248,000 bases of DNA. Source: Hyalangium minutum. GTDB taxonomy: Bacteria > Myxococcota > Myxococcia > Myxococcales > Myxococcaceae. The position numbers and the translations under genes are program-made. This document shows positions 175,601 through 184,033 of the stretch, one piece after another. Where the stretch lies: contig NZ_JMCB01000006.1 in NCBI RefSeq assembly GCF_000737315.1, positions 764,001-1,012,000 on the forward strand. The letters run 5' to 3'. Position 1 is the first letter of the stretch, and each line of letters begins with the position of its first letter. The notes under the pieces were generated by a model. The model made no database searches, was not told the DNA's origin, and was given only the letters and a program-made list of their open reading frames with translations.

Positions 175601-178072
175601 GTGGTGTTCACGCCGGCACCGGGCTTCATGGGCACGACGACCTTCACGTACACGGTGTCCGACGGCCATGGCGGCACCGCCATCGTGATTGTCATCGTGA
175701 CCGTGGGCGGGGGCGACAGCGACGGCGATGGCCTGACCGACGTCGAGGAGGGCGAGCTGGGCACCAATCCGAACAACCCGGATACGGACGGCGACGGCCT
175801 CAATGACGGCCTCGAGAATGCGACGGGCACCAACCCGCTCGACGCGGACACGGACGACGACGGCATCACCGACGGCAACGAGGACAGCAACCACAACGGC
175901 ACCGTGGAAGCCAATGAGACCGATCCCCGCATCTTCGACACGGACGGCGACGGCCTGAGCGACGGCCTCGAGTCGGGCCTGGCTCAGCCCCAGAGCGAGG
176001 ACACGAATCTGGGCGTCTTCACGCCGGACGCCGATCCGTCCACTACGACCGATCCGCGCAACCCGGACACGGACGGCGACACGCTGAAGGACGGCACCGA
176101 GGACGCCAACCACAATGGTGCCGTGGGCGACACGGAGACGGATCCGAACGATCCCGACTCGGACCACGGTGGCCTGAACGACGGCGAGGAGGTCAACGCG
176201 GGCAGTGACCCGCTCGACTACACGGACGACCTGATCGTCGCGGGCCGCGGCTGCGCCTCCACGGGCTCGGGCACGCTGCTGCCGCTGGTGTTGCTGCTCG
176301 CCCTGCCGTTGCTGCGCCGCCGCCAGGCCCTCCGCGTCTCGGGGAAGGCCTGGGGGGTGTTGGGGCTGCTGGCCGCCGTGCTCGTCTCGGCTCCTGTCCG
176401 AGCCCAGTCCACCCCCGAGGCCTCTCAGGGCATCGACGTGCAGCAGTTCAAGCCGGGGCCGGGCTGGAAGGACGTGCTGGGCGTGCAGAGCGCCCAGGTG
176501 GGCCGGCACCTCGGCTGGAACGTGGGCTTGTCCTTCAACTACGCGAAGGACCCGCTCAACTTCCTGCGGCCGCGCACCGACGACTTCGTCTACGAGATCG
176601 TCAAGAACCAGTACACCTTCGACCTGATGGGCGCCGTCTCGCTGTTCGACCGGTTCGAGCTCGGCGTGGCGCTGCCCATCACCTCGCAGAGCTCGGCGTC
176701 CGCCGCCTCCGTGTCGCCGCTGCTCTCCGAAGGCATCGATGCCACGGGCGTGGGCGATCTGCGCTTGGTGCCGAAGGCGCGCCTGCTCTCGCTGGACAGT
176801 GGGGTGCACCTGGGCGTGACGGTGCCGGTGATCCTGCCCACCTCGGGGGGCAAGGAGTTCCTGGGCCGCAGCGGGGTGGCGTTCTTCCCGCGGCTGCTCG
176901 GCGAGTGGACCAGTGACGGGGGCACGCGCGTGCTGGCCAACGTGGGCATCAACGTCCAGCCCCAGGAGCGCTTCTACAACCTGAACGTCAGCAACGAGTT
177001 CGCCTACGGGCTCGGCACGGAGATTCCCTTCAACGTGGGCAAGCACCGGCTGGCCGCTGAGGCCACGCTGGTGGGCGCCCTGGGCATGAAGGAGTCGAAC
177101 ACCGAGGAGCGTCCGCTGGAACTGCTCGCGGCGATGAAGTACCGCTTCTCGGACGCGCTGGCGATGCACCTCGGTGGTGGCCCGGGCCTCACGCGCGGCT
177201 ACGGCACGCCGGGCTTCCGCGTGCTGGCGGGCGTCATCTGGACCGAGACGGAGAAGGCTGCTCCTGCCCGCGTCGAGCCGCCGCCTCCGCCGCCCGTGAA
177301 GGTGTGCCCGCAGGGCCCCGAGGACATGGACGGCTTCCAGGACAACGACGGCTGCAACGATCCGGACAACGACAACGACGGCATCCTGGACGGCAACGAC
177401 CGCTGCCCGAACGAGCCGGAGACGCAGAACGGCTTCGAGGACGCGGACGGCTGCCCGGACGAGCTGCCTCCGCCTCCGCCGGTGGACACGGACGGCGACG
177501 GCCTCACGGATGACAAGGATCGCTGCCCGCAGGCCGCCGAGGACAAGGACGGCTTCCAGGATGAGGACGGCTGCCCGGATCCGGACAACGACAAGGACGG
177601 CGTGCTGGACGCGGCGGACAAGTGCCCGACCGAGCCGGAGACCATCAACGGCGTCGCGGACGACGACGGCTGCCCGGACAAGGGCAAGGAGAAGGTCCGC
177701 ATCGAGGGTGGGAAGATCGTCATCCTCGACAAGGTGTACTTCGCCACGAACAAGGACGTGATCCTCGCCAAGTCGTTCCCGTTGCTGCAGCAGGTGGGCC
177801 AGGTGCTGCGCGCCAACCCGGAGATCCTGAAGGTGCGCGTGGAGGGCCACACCGACAGCCAAGGCAAGGACGAGGCCAACATGGATCTGTCGCAGCGCCG
177901 AGCCAACAGCGTGCGCAAGCGCCTCATCGAGCAGGAGGGCATTGCGCCCGAGCGGCTCGAGGCGGCGGGCTTCGGCGAGACGCGGCCGGTGGATACCAAC
178001 GAGACGGCCAAGGGCCGCGAGAACAACCGCCGCGTGGAGTTCATCATCCTCGAGACGGCGGAGACGCCCTGA
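169631..178072 (+). CDS. giant adhesin: DUF11 x2, 18 tandem ~95-aa Ig/cadherin-like repeats, Ca-binding repeats, internal MYXO-CTERM-like motif, TraB-like OmpA module
   Basis: Repeats counted from the translation; VEGHTD..NRRVEF at the C-terminus. Confidence 0.88.
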   Translation: MNHSIRSKLSKWAVLFAGALLLACSTEPASAKGAAGPLGAAVTSLVADVPTDLAVTVTDGVTTVAPGSNVTYTIVVTNNGPNTVSGATLTDNFPAALMGVSWTCAPAAACGTTSGTGNIAVVLQSLGVGSSATFTVTATVNPAATGTTMTNTAVVALPTGFTDPVPANNSASDTDTFNRRADLSLTLTDAPDPVQASATLTYTLTVNNAGPSNAATTTVTLTLPSGATYVSGTGTGWTCTLSGSTVTCTRASAATGASPAITVLVTAPNTTGTIVATASVSSSTTDPVTGNNSTLATTTVNRVNNPPTANNDTLTVAEDNPATVVNVLNNDTSAPDVGETLTVISVTQPATGGTVTLSSGVVRFTPAPNFNGTTSFTYTISDGNGGFATATVNVTVTPVNDPPTANNDTLTVAEDSGATVVDVLANDTIFPDVGETLTVVSVTQPTTGGTVSLVGGVVSFTPAPNFNGTTSFTYTISDGALMATATVSVTVTPVNDPPTANDDTLTVAEDSGTTVVNVLANDSIFPDVGETLTVTAVTQPTTGGTVSLNGGVVRFTPAPDFNGTVTFTYTISDGALTSTATVTVTVTPVNDAPTANNDTLTVAEDSGATVVNVLANDSSAPDTGETLTIDSVTQPTTGGTVTLSNGTVSFTPAPDFSGTTSFTYTISDGNGGFATATVNVTVTPVNDPPTANDDTLTVAEDSGATVVNVLVNDTSAPDVGETLTVVSVTQPATGGTVTLSSGVVTFTPAPNFNGTTSFNYTITDGNGGTDTATVNVTVTPVNDPPTANNDTLTVAEDSGATVVDVLANDTFAPDVGETLTVTAVTQPATGGTVDLTNGTVTFTPAPDFNGTVTFSYTVSDGNGGTATATVSVTVTAVNDPPTAVDDAFTVPRNSTNNVLNVLANDTIFPDVGETLTVTAVTQPASGTVTLTGGVVSYTPLAAFIGDVTFSYTVSDGTLTATATVTVTVFGTNIPPTANNDSLTVAEDSGPTVVDVLANDTIAPDVGETLTVTAVTQPTSGGTVTLVGGVVSFTPAADFFGTVTFTYTVSDGSGGTDIATVTVTVTPVNDPPKANDDTLTVAEDSGATVVNVLANDLFSPDTGETLTVTAVTQPTSGGTVTLAGGVVSFTPAADFNGTVTFTYTISDGNGGTATATVTVTVTPVNDPPTANNDALTVAEDSGATVVDVLANDTFAPDMGETLTVTAVTQPTTGGSVTLSGGTVSFTPALNFTGTTTFTYTISDGNGGTATATVTVTVTPVNDPPDAVNDAITVGEDSTATVVNVLANDTSAPDVGETLTVVSVTQPATGGTVTLSSGTVIFTPAPDYFGTTTFTYTISDGNGGTDTATVTVTVTPVNDPPTAANDTLTVAEDSGATVVDVLGNDSSAPDVGETLTVTAVTQPVSGGTVTLVGGVVSFTPAPNFNGTVTFSYTLSDDNGGTATATVTVTVTPVNDPPDAVNDAITVGEDSGATVVNVLANDSSAPDTGETLTVTAVTQPATGGTVTLSSGTVIFTPEPDFNGTATFTYTISDGNGGTATATVTVTVTPVNDPPTAVNDTFTVAEDSPGTVLDVLSNDTFAPDVGETLTVTAVTQPATGGTVTLSNGTVIFTPAPDFVGTTTFTYTISDGNGGTSTATVTVVATGVNDPPTANNDALTVAEDSGPNPLDVLVNDSIFPDVGETLTVTAVTQPATGGTVTLSNGTVIFTPAPDFNGTVTFTYTVSDGNGGTATATVTVTVTPVNDPPTAVNDSFTVAEDSSGNVLDVLANDSIAPDTGETLTVTAVTQPSSGGTVTLSNGTVTFTPAPDFNGTVTFSYTVSDGNGDTATATVTVTVTPVSDPPIAVNDTFSVAEDSDPTVLDVLANDASPDPGETLTVTAVTQPTSGGTVALTNGQVIFTPDPNFNGTVTFTYTVSDGTSTSTATVTVNVTPTNDPPTGMPDTYSVPVNSGATTFDVLANDSSAPDTGETLTVTAVTQPTSSGGTVTVAPNGSGVVFTPAPGFMGTTTFTYTVSDGHGGTAIVIVIVTVGGGDSDGDGLTDVEEGELGTNPNNPDTDGDGLNDGLENATGTNPLDADTDDDGITDGNEDSNHNGTVEANETDPRIFDTDGDGLSDGLESGLAQPQSEDTNLGVFTPDADPSTTTDPRNPDTDGDTLKDGTEDANHNGAVGDTETDPNDPDSDHGGLNDGEEVNAGSDPLDYTDDLIVAGRGCASTGSGTLLPLVLLLALPLLRRRQALRVSGKAWGVLGLLAAVLVSAPVRAQSTPEASQGIDVQQFKPGPGWKDVLGVQSAQVGRHLGWNVGLSFNYAKDPLNFLRPRTDDFVYEIVKNQYTFDLMGAVSLFDRFELGVALPITSQSSASAASVSPLLSEGIDATGVGDLRLVPKARLLSLDSGVHLGVTVPVILPTSGGKEFLGRSGVAFFPRLLGEWTSDGGTRVLANVGINVQPQERFYNLNVSNEFAYGLGTEIPFNVGKHRLAAEATLVGALGMKESNTEERPLELLAAMKYRFSDALAMHLGGGPGLTRGYGTPGFRVLAGVIWTETEKAAPARVEPPPPPPVKVCPQGPEDMDGFQDNDGCNDPDNDNDGILDGNDRCPNEPETQNGFEDADGCPDELPPPPPVDTDGDGLTDDKDRCPQAAEDKDGFQDEDGCPDPDNDKDGVLDAADKCPTEPETINGVADDDGCPDKGKEKVRIEGGKIVILDKVYFATNKDVILAKSFPLLQQVGQVLRANPEILKVRVEGHTDSQGKDEANMDLSQRRANSVRKRLIEQEGIAPERLEAAGFGETRPVDTNETAKGRENNRRVEFIILETAETP

Positions 178073-178414
178073 TCAACCCAAGTCCGTAGGCAGGTTCCCA
178101 AGGCCCGTCCTGGTGCTTCAGCCAGGGCGGGCCTTCCTGTTCCCGTAGGACTTGGGGGCGATGAAGTGATGACCAGCCAACGTCCCGAAGGGTGGAGCCC
178201 GGGCCTCGCGTTGAGCAGTGCACAGCGTCATCCCCTTACAAGCGTCCTGAATTCGCACCCTTACGCACAGGGCCTACGCGCTCCCGGTAGGGAGGACTCT
178301 GTCTGACCCAGCGCGTCGCGGAGGTGCCTCCCCTCTGGGCGGCCCTTCGGGGCAAGATACCGGCGAGGCCACGGCGGTCAGCCTCGACCACCTCAGCGCG
178401 AAGAGAGGTATCTG

Positions 178415-178870
178415 ATGGCACGCTCCCGGGGAGTCACCATCCTGATGGCTGACGATGACGTGGATGATCGGGATCTCACCCGTGATGCCATGCAGCAGAA
178501 TCACCTCGATGGCGAGCTGAAGTGGGTCGAGGACGGCGAGGAGCTGCTCGACTACCTGAACCGCCGGGGACGCTTCAGTGATCCGAGTGCCGCGCCGCGC
178601 CCCGGGATCATCCTGCTGGATCTGAATATGCCGCGCCTGGATGGCCGCGAGGCCCTGCGCGAGATCAAAGCCCATCCGGAGCTGCGCCGCATTCCCATCA
178701 TCGTCCTGAGCACCTCCAGCGCGGAGGAGGACGTACAGCGCAGCTACGAGCTGGGAGCCAACTGCTTCATCACCAAGCCCGGCACATTCGACCGGCTGGT
178801 CGAAGTCATCCGGGTCCTCGGCGAGCACTGGCTGCAGACAGCCACGCTCCCCCGGACGAGCCCTGCATGA
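178415..178870 (+). CDS. response regulator (Rcp1-like)
   Basis: LLDLNMP, TKP. Confidence 0.9.
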   Translation: MARSRGVTILMADDDVDDRDLTRDAMQQNHLDGELKWVEDGEELLDYLNRRGRFSDPSAAPRPGIILLDLNMPRLDGREALREIKAHPELRRIPIIVLSTSSAEEDVQRSYELGANCFITKPGTFDRLVEVIRVLGEHWLQTATLPRTSPA

Positions 178871-180816
178871 GCTCGGAGGGAGCGCCGGGCCCCCTGCGCA
178901 TCCTCCTTGTCGAGGACGACCCCGACGACTTCATCTTGGTCCGGGATGCGCTGCGGGAGCTGGGCGACCAACGGCTGGTGCTCGACTGGGTGGAGGATGC
179001 GGACGAGGCCATCGCGGCCATGGCCTCGGGACACCATGATGTGTGCCTGCTGGACTACCGGCTCGGCGCCATCACCGGCCTGGAGCTGATGAGGCAGGCG
179101 CGAAGGCGAGGGGCCCGGCTGCCCGTCATCCTGCTCACGGGGCAGTCGGACACGGAGGTCGACCGGCAGGCCCAGGAGGCCGGGGCCGCGGACTTCGTGG
179201 TGAAGGCGCAGATGACGCCGGTGCTGCTGGAGCGCTCCATCCGCTACTCGGTGCAGCACGCCCGCACGCTGGAGGCGCTCCGCCGCTCCCGGGCGAGCTT
179301 CCGCGAGCTCATCGAGCGGCTGCCGGATGGCGTGTGCGTGATTCACGGCACGAGCATCACCTACGTCAACCCAGCGCTGTTCACCCTGCTGGGGTGTGCC
179401 TCGCCCAACGAGCTGCTGGGGCTGGAGGTACAGGAGCTGGCGGCGCGCTTCCTCCATGAGGAGGATCGAGAGCAGGTGCTGCGCGAGTTCGAGGCTCCCT
179501 TGGAGGGAGGGGGGCAGGAGCCCTTCCGGGAGGTCCGCCTGGTGCGGGCCTCGGGCGAGAGCATCCCAGCGGAGCTGGCGCGGTTCCCCGTGGTGTTCGA
179601 GGGCCAGCCCTGCACCATGTACATCGCGAGGGACCTGACCGAGCGCAAGCGGATGCAGTCGCAGTTGGTGCTGAGCGATCGCATGGCCTCGCTGGGCATG
179701 GTGGCGGGGATGATCGCCCACGACATCAACAACCCGCTGGCCTACGTGCTGGCCAACCTCCACATCCTGGAGGGAGACGTGCTGCCGCGCTTGAGCGTGA
179801 CGGCCTCCGAGCGCGAGGAGTTGCAGGCGCTGGTGGCGGATGCGCAGCTCGGCGCGGCGCGGGCACGGGAGATCGTCCAGCAGTTCCGGATCTTCTCGCG
179901 AGGGGACAAGGAGCCGCGGCGGCAGATTCTGGAGGTGCACCAGGTCATCGAGTCCGCGCTGCGCATGGCGGGCAATGAGATTCGCTACCGCGCGCGGCTG
180001 GTCCGGGACTACGGGGACCCCGTCCGGGTCGAGGCCCGCGAGGTGGAGCTGGGACAGGTGCTGCTGAACCTGCTGGTCAACGCGGCCCAGGCCATCCCCG
180101 AGGGAGACGCGGAGCGCCACGAGATCCGCGTCGTCACCCGGCAGCGAGGCGAGGAAGCGGTGATCGAGGTCCGCGACACGGGCGTGGGCATCCCCGCGGA
180201 TCGGATCGAGCGGGTGTTCGAGCCGTTCTTCACCACGAAGCCCAGCGGCATCGGCACGGGGCTGGGGCTGCCCATCTGCCGGAGCATCATCCAGTCCCTG
180301 GGCGGGCGGCTGGAGCTGGAGAGCGTGGTGGGCCGAGGCAGCATCCTCCGCATCGTCCTTCCCGCCGTGGCGCCTCCGAGCATCGTGGCGCTCCCGCAGC
180401 CCGCGAGGGAGCTGCCCTCGAGCCCATCGCGGCGGGGACGCATCCTCATCGTGGATGACGAGCCGCTGGTGAGCCAGGCCATCCGCCGCTCGCTGCAGCG
180501 AGAGCACGAGGTGGTGGTGCTGACGAGCGCCCGCGAAGCCCATGCCCGGCTGACGGGCGGGGAGCAGTTCGACGTCATCCTCTGCGACATCATGATGCCG
180601 GAGATGAGCGGCATCGACTTGTACGAGGAGCTGGCGCGCGTGGGGCCCGCGCTCTCCGAGCGGATGGTGTTCCTGACGGGTGGTGCCTTCACGCCTCGGG
180701 CCCGGGAGTTCCTTGGGCAGATCAAGAACCCCTGCTTGGAGAAGCCGTTCAACCCGAGGGATCTCCAGGAGCTGGTGCGCACCCTGCTGGCCGAGGACGC
180801 CGCCTCGCGGGCCTGA
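178867..180816 (+). CDS. REC-PAS-HK-REC hybrid kinase
   Basis: AHDINNP, GTGLG. Confidence 0.9.
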   Translation: MSSEGAPGPLRILLVEDDPDDFILVRDALRELGDQRLVLDWVEDADEAIAAMASGHHDVCLLDYRLGAITGLELMRQARRRGARLPVILLTGQSDTEVDRQAQEAGAADFVVKAQMTPVLLERSIRYSVQHARTLEALRRSRASFRELIERLPDGVCVIHGTSITYVNPALFTLLGCASPNELLGLEVQELAARFLHEEDREQVLREFEAPLEGGGQEPFREVRLVRASGESIPAELARFPVVFEGQPCTMYIARDLTERKRMQSQLVLSDRMASLGMVAGMIAHDINNPLAYVLANLHILEGDVLPRLSVTASEREELQALVADAQLGAARAREIVQQFRIFSRGDKEPRRQILEVHQVIESALRMAGNEIRYRARLVRDYGDPVRVEAREVELGQVLLNLLVNAAQAIPEGDAERHEIRVVTRQRGEEAVIEVRDTGVGIPADRIERVFEPFFTTKPSGIGTGLGLPICRSIIQSLGGRLELESVVGRGSILRIVLPAVAPPSIVALPQPARELPSSPSRRGRILIVDDEPLVSQAIRRSLQREHEVVVLTSAREAHARLTGGEQFDVILCDIMMPEMSGIDLYEELARVGPALSERMVFLTGGAFTPRAREFLGQIKNPCLEKPFNPRDLQELVRTLLAEDAASRA

Positions 180817-181018
180817 GGTGCCGCGCCTCCAGGCTCCACGTGTAGGGAGAAGTGTTGGGTGTTTCGGGAGTGAACGCTCGTCGGGACGCATTGAATAACT
180901 CCGTCGCGGCTGCGTCGGTGGACTTGGTAGGTCCCGGTGCGGGATGGGCGATGGGCGGGTCCGAAGGCCGTTGGGTGGGACCGATAGCTCCTCATCTCTC
181001 TGAAGGCGGGCCTCTCAC

Positions 181019-183469
181019 ATGCTGAAGCAACGGTTGCTGGCGCTTGCGCTCACGGGTGCACTCACGGGCTGTATCGTCGAGCCCTCTCCGGAAGACCCCT
181101 TCGATCCCAACTTTCCGGACGGCCCCAGCACGATGATGCCGGACCTGGAGATCGAGTCGGTGACAGGTCCCTCCCAGCTGGGCCCGAACTCTCAGGACTT
181201 TCTGCGCGCGCGGCTGTGCAACCGGGGCGGCAGCTTCGCGATCACCGACGTGTCCTTCTTCCTCTCCAAGGACAAGGTGTTGGATCCGCTGGACAGGCGG
181301 GTGGGCACCAGCGGGCAGGCGACGGTGGAGGCGGGCGCCTGCCAAGAAGTGATGGCGCAAGTGAAGATGCAGGGAGTGGATCAGGACGGCTACTACCTGT
181401 TCGCCGTGGCGGATCCGAACGACTGGACCCTGGAGTCGTCGGAGACCAACAACGAGCGCATGGGGGCCAAGCTCTGGGTGGACCGGAACGTGCCCCCCGT
181501 GCCGACGCTCTCGTGGTTGACGGGCAACGGGCAGCCGAAGCTGCTGGCCTCTTCGGAGTTGGGCGTCTCGATTCGTGTCTACCAGGGCAGCACCTGCTCG
181601 GGCGAGCCGGTGGTGAACGGCTACCCCAGCGAGAATGGGTACTGTGAGATGCCCATCGACATCTCCTCGTACCCGGCCGCGAGCTACTCGGCGCGGGCGT
181701 ACGACTCCGTGGGGAACGCCTCGGGGTGCGGCTCCATCCAGGCGCCCTCGGGGTACGGCTACGACGTCACTCCGCCCGCGCCTCCGGTCGTCACCCAGGC
181801 GAACTGGAGCTACGGCACCACGCAGCACGCGCTGACCGTGAAGGGCACCACGGAGGCAGGGGCCGAGGTGGGCGTGTTCGTGGACGTGGCCTGCACGGGC
181901 ATCCCGGCGGCCACGGTGTTTGCGAGCTCCTCGGGGGCGTTCACGGCGGAGCTGACCGTGGCGGCTCAGTCGGGAGGCAGCATCCGCCGGGTGTACGTGG
182001 CCGCGCGGGATGCGGCCTACAACGAGTCCTCGTGCGTGGAGGGTCCCCGGTACGAGACGCCGTGCCAGACGGGCTACGCCAACTGCGATGGGAACCCGGC
182101 CAACGGCTGTGAGGCCATCCTCACGGAGGACGAGGCGAACTGCGGCGCGTGCGGCACCACCTGCCAGGGCTCCGGCAACGCCACGGGGGTGTGCATGTCG
182201 GGGACGTGCGGCGTGGCGTGCCCGGTGGGCCGCTACGACTGCGACGGGAACCTGTCCAACGGCTGCGAGTCCACCTACGCGTGCAGCCCCTCGGCGTGCA
182301 CAATCAACGCCTCGGCGGAGCTGGCCATCACGGCGCTGTCGGTGGTGGAGGATCCGGTGCGGACGGCGCCGGGTGGGGCGTGGCACTTCGGCACGCTGAT
182401 GCGGGCCATGGCGGGGGATCAGGATCCCTCCACGCTGGTGCGCAACTGGCTGAAGACGTGGGCCACGGCGCAGACGATCAACGGGCTCACGGTGCCGGCG
182501 CGCACGCAGATGCTGACGAAGGTGCTGACGCCGTGGGAGCAGAAGAGCGGCGGGGCGAGCCGCCCGCTGGACTTCAGCAAGGCGCCGTTCCGGCTGCTGG
182601 CCATCATGAACCGCATGGACCTGCGCAACCCGGGAGCGCAGGCGGGAGAGGGCCGCTTCGTGTTCGGCGTGCTGGACAGCTCGGGCAACCCGCTGGAGTT
182701 CACGATCATCTTCGAGTACGCGCTGCCGGGCGGCACGCCGGAGGCCATCCAGGGCTGGGCTCGGGGCTGGCATGAGCTGGGGCAGCTGGGGCTGAGCCAC
182801 CCGGACTACAAGACGAAGCTGCAGGCGCTGACGGATCGCTTCGCGAAGTCGGGGGTGATGGCGGGCCGGCCGTTCGGCAACGCGCTCAACCAGATCCGGA
182901 CCAACGAGGTGGATCTGGCCGATCCGTGGGAGATGCGTGAGTTCAACCTGACGACGGCGGGCCTGCAGCCGGCCACGGTGAAGCTGACGCCGGCCTTCAG
183001 CTTCAACAACACGGGCGCGCTGGGCGACTTCCTGCGGGCCAACCAGGCGGACATCCTCGCCGAGCGGCACACGGTGCCGACGACCCTCGGGAGCCAGCGG
183101 TTCCTGGCGGGCTCGGCGATTGTGCCCGAGGACTTCTTCTGGCGGGCGCCGAGCGTGGCGGCCGAGGTGCGGCACAAGTTCTCGGTGAACACGTGCAGCG
183201 GGTGCCACGCGGGGGAGACGGCCACGGACTTCGTGCACGTGGCTCCGCGGCGGGCAGGGCAGACCGCGGCGCTGTCGGCATTCCTCCGGGGTGGGACGGT
183301 GGTGGATCCGGTGTCGGGGACGTCACGGTCCTTCAATGACCTGGCCCGCCGCTCGGAGGACCTGGCGACCCTGGTGTGCGGCACGGCGGGGACGCAGAGC
183401 CTGAAGGATGTGGAGACGTTCGGCGGCTTCCCGGCGCCCTCCAACCTGCCCCGCGCCCGCGTGCACTGA
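181019..183469 (+). CDS. Cys-rich CARDB lipoprotein
   Basis: Lipobox LTGC; NCDG..NGCE repeats; CSGCH. Confidence 0.7.
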   Translation: MLKQRLLALALTGALTGCIVEPSPEDPFDPNFPDGPSTMMPDLEIESVTGPSQLGPNSQDFLRARLCNRGGSFAITDVSFFLSKDKVLDPLDRRVGTSGQATVEAGACQEVMAQVKMQGVDQDGYYLFAVADPNDWTLESSETNNERMGAKLWVDRNVPPVPTLSWLTGNGQPKLLASSELGVSIRVYQGSTCSGEPVVNGYPSENGYCEMPIDISSYPAASYSARAYDSVGNASGCGSIQAPSGYGYDVTPPAPPVVTQANWSYGTTQHALTVKGTTEAGAEVGVFVDVACTGIPAATVFASSSGAFTAELTVAAQSGGSIRRVYVAARDAAYNESSCVEGPRYETPCQTGYANCDGNPANGCEAILTEDEANCGACGTTCQGSGNATGVCMSGTCGVACPVGRYDCDGNLSNGCESTYACSPSACTINASAELAITALSVVEDPVRTAPGGAWHFGTLMRAMAGDQDPSTLVRNWLKTWATAQTINGLTVPARTQMLTKVLTPWEQKSGGASRPLDFSKAPFRLLAIMNRMDLRNPGAQAGEGRFVFGVLDSSGNPLEFTIIFEYALPGGTPEAIQGWARGWHELGQLGLSHPDYKTKLQALTDRFAKSGVMAGRPFGNALNQIRTNEVDLADPWEMREFNLTTAGLQPATVKLTPAFSFNNTGALGDFLRANQADILAERHTVPTTLGSQRFLAGSAIVPEDFFWRAPSVAAEVRHKFSVNTCSGCHAGETATDFVHVAPRRAGQTAALSAFLRGGTVVDPVSGTSRSFNDLARRSEDLATLVCGTAGTQSLKDVETFGGFPAPSNLPRARVH

Positions 183470-183537
183470 CGCGGCGGGGACGTGGGAGCCGCTCGCTCTG
183501 TCAGGGCGGGCGGCTCTCTGCTTGCGGGAGACCTGAG

Positions 183538-183954
183538 CTACACCTGGGTCTTCACCACGTCCTTGATGCCGCTGGTGGCCTTCTCGACCACCTTGCTCGT
183601 CAGGTCCAACTCCAGCGTGTACTTGTACATGGACGCCTGCAGCGACAGCAGCTCCGCGTTCGAGAACGACTTGCCCGACACGCCCGCGCTGATCAGCGCG
183701 TCCAGGCGCGCCTGTCCCTGCTCCAGGTCGCTCACCACGCCGGACACCAGGTTCAGAGTGGTGCGCTCCGGCTTCGCGACGCTCTCCACCGGGCTCACGG
183801 ACTCCGCAACGGGTACCGGCTGCGCCTTCCCGGCCTTGTCCGCGAGCACCGCGTCAAACTTCGACTCGCCCGACTTGCTCACCTGGGGCGCTGCCTGATC
183901 CGGAAGTTGCTGCATCCGCTGCGTGGCCGCGATTCCCATCATCGGATCCGTCAT
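183538..183954 (-). CDS. type III secretion inner-rod-like protein (EscI/HrpB2 family)
   Basis: C-terminal LLSLQASMYKY..SKVVEKATSGIKDVVKTQV. Confidence 0.6.
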   Translation of the reverse strand: MTDPMMGIAATQRMQQLPDQAAPQVSKSGESKFDAVLADKAGKAQPVPVAESVSPVESVAKPERTTLNLVSGVVSDLEQGQARLDALISAGVSGKSFSNAELLSLQASMYKYTLELDLTSKVVEKATSGIKDVVKTQV

Positions 183955-184033
183955 GGCTCTGGCTCCCGCGAAGTGTTGACTCGGTGCCAGTATCCCCTCA
184001 ATGGCTGACACCCAAGGGCGATACACTGAGGGC

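Noticed and set aside
183538-183954. HrpB RNA helicase label
   Set aside because: 138 aa with no helicase motifs; the name overlaps with the unrelated T3SS HrpB2 family.
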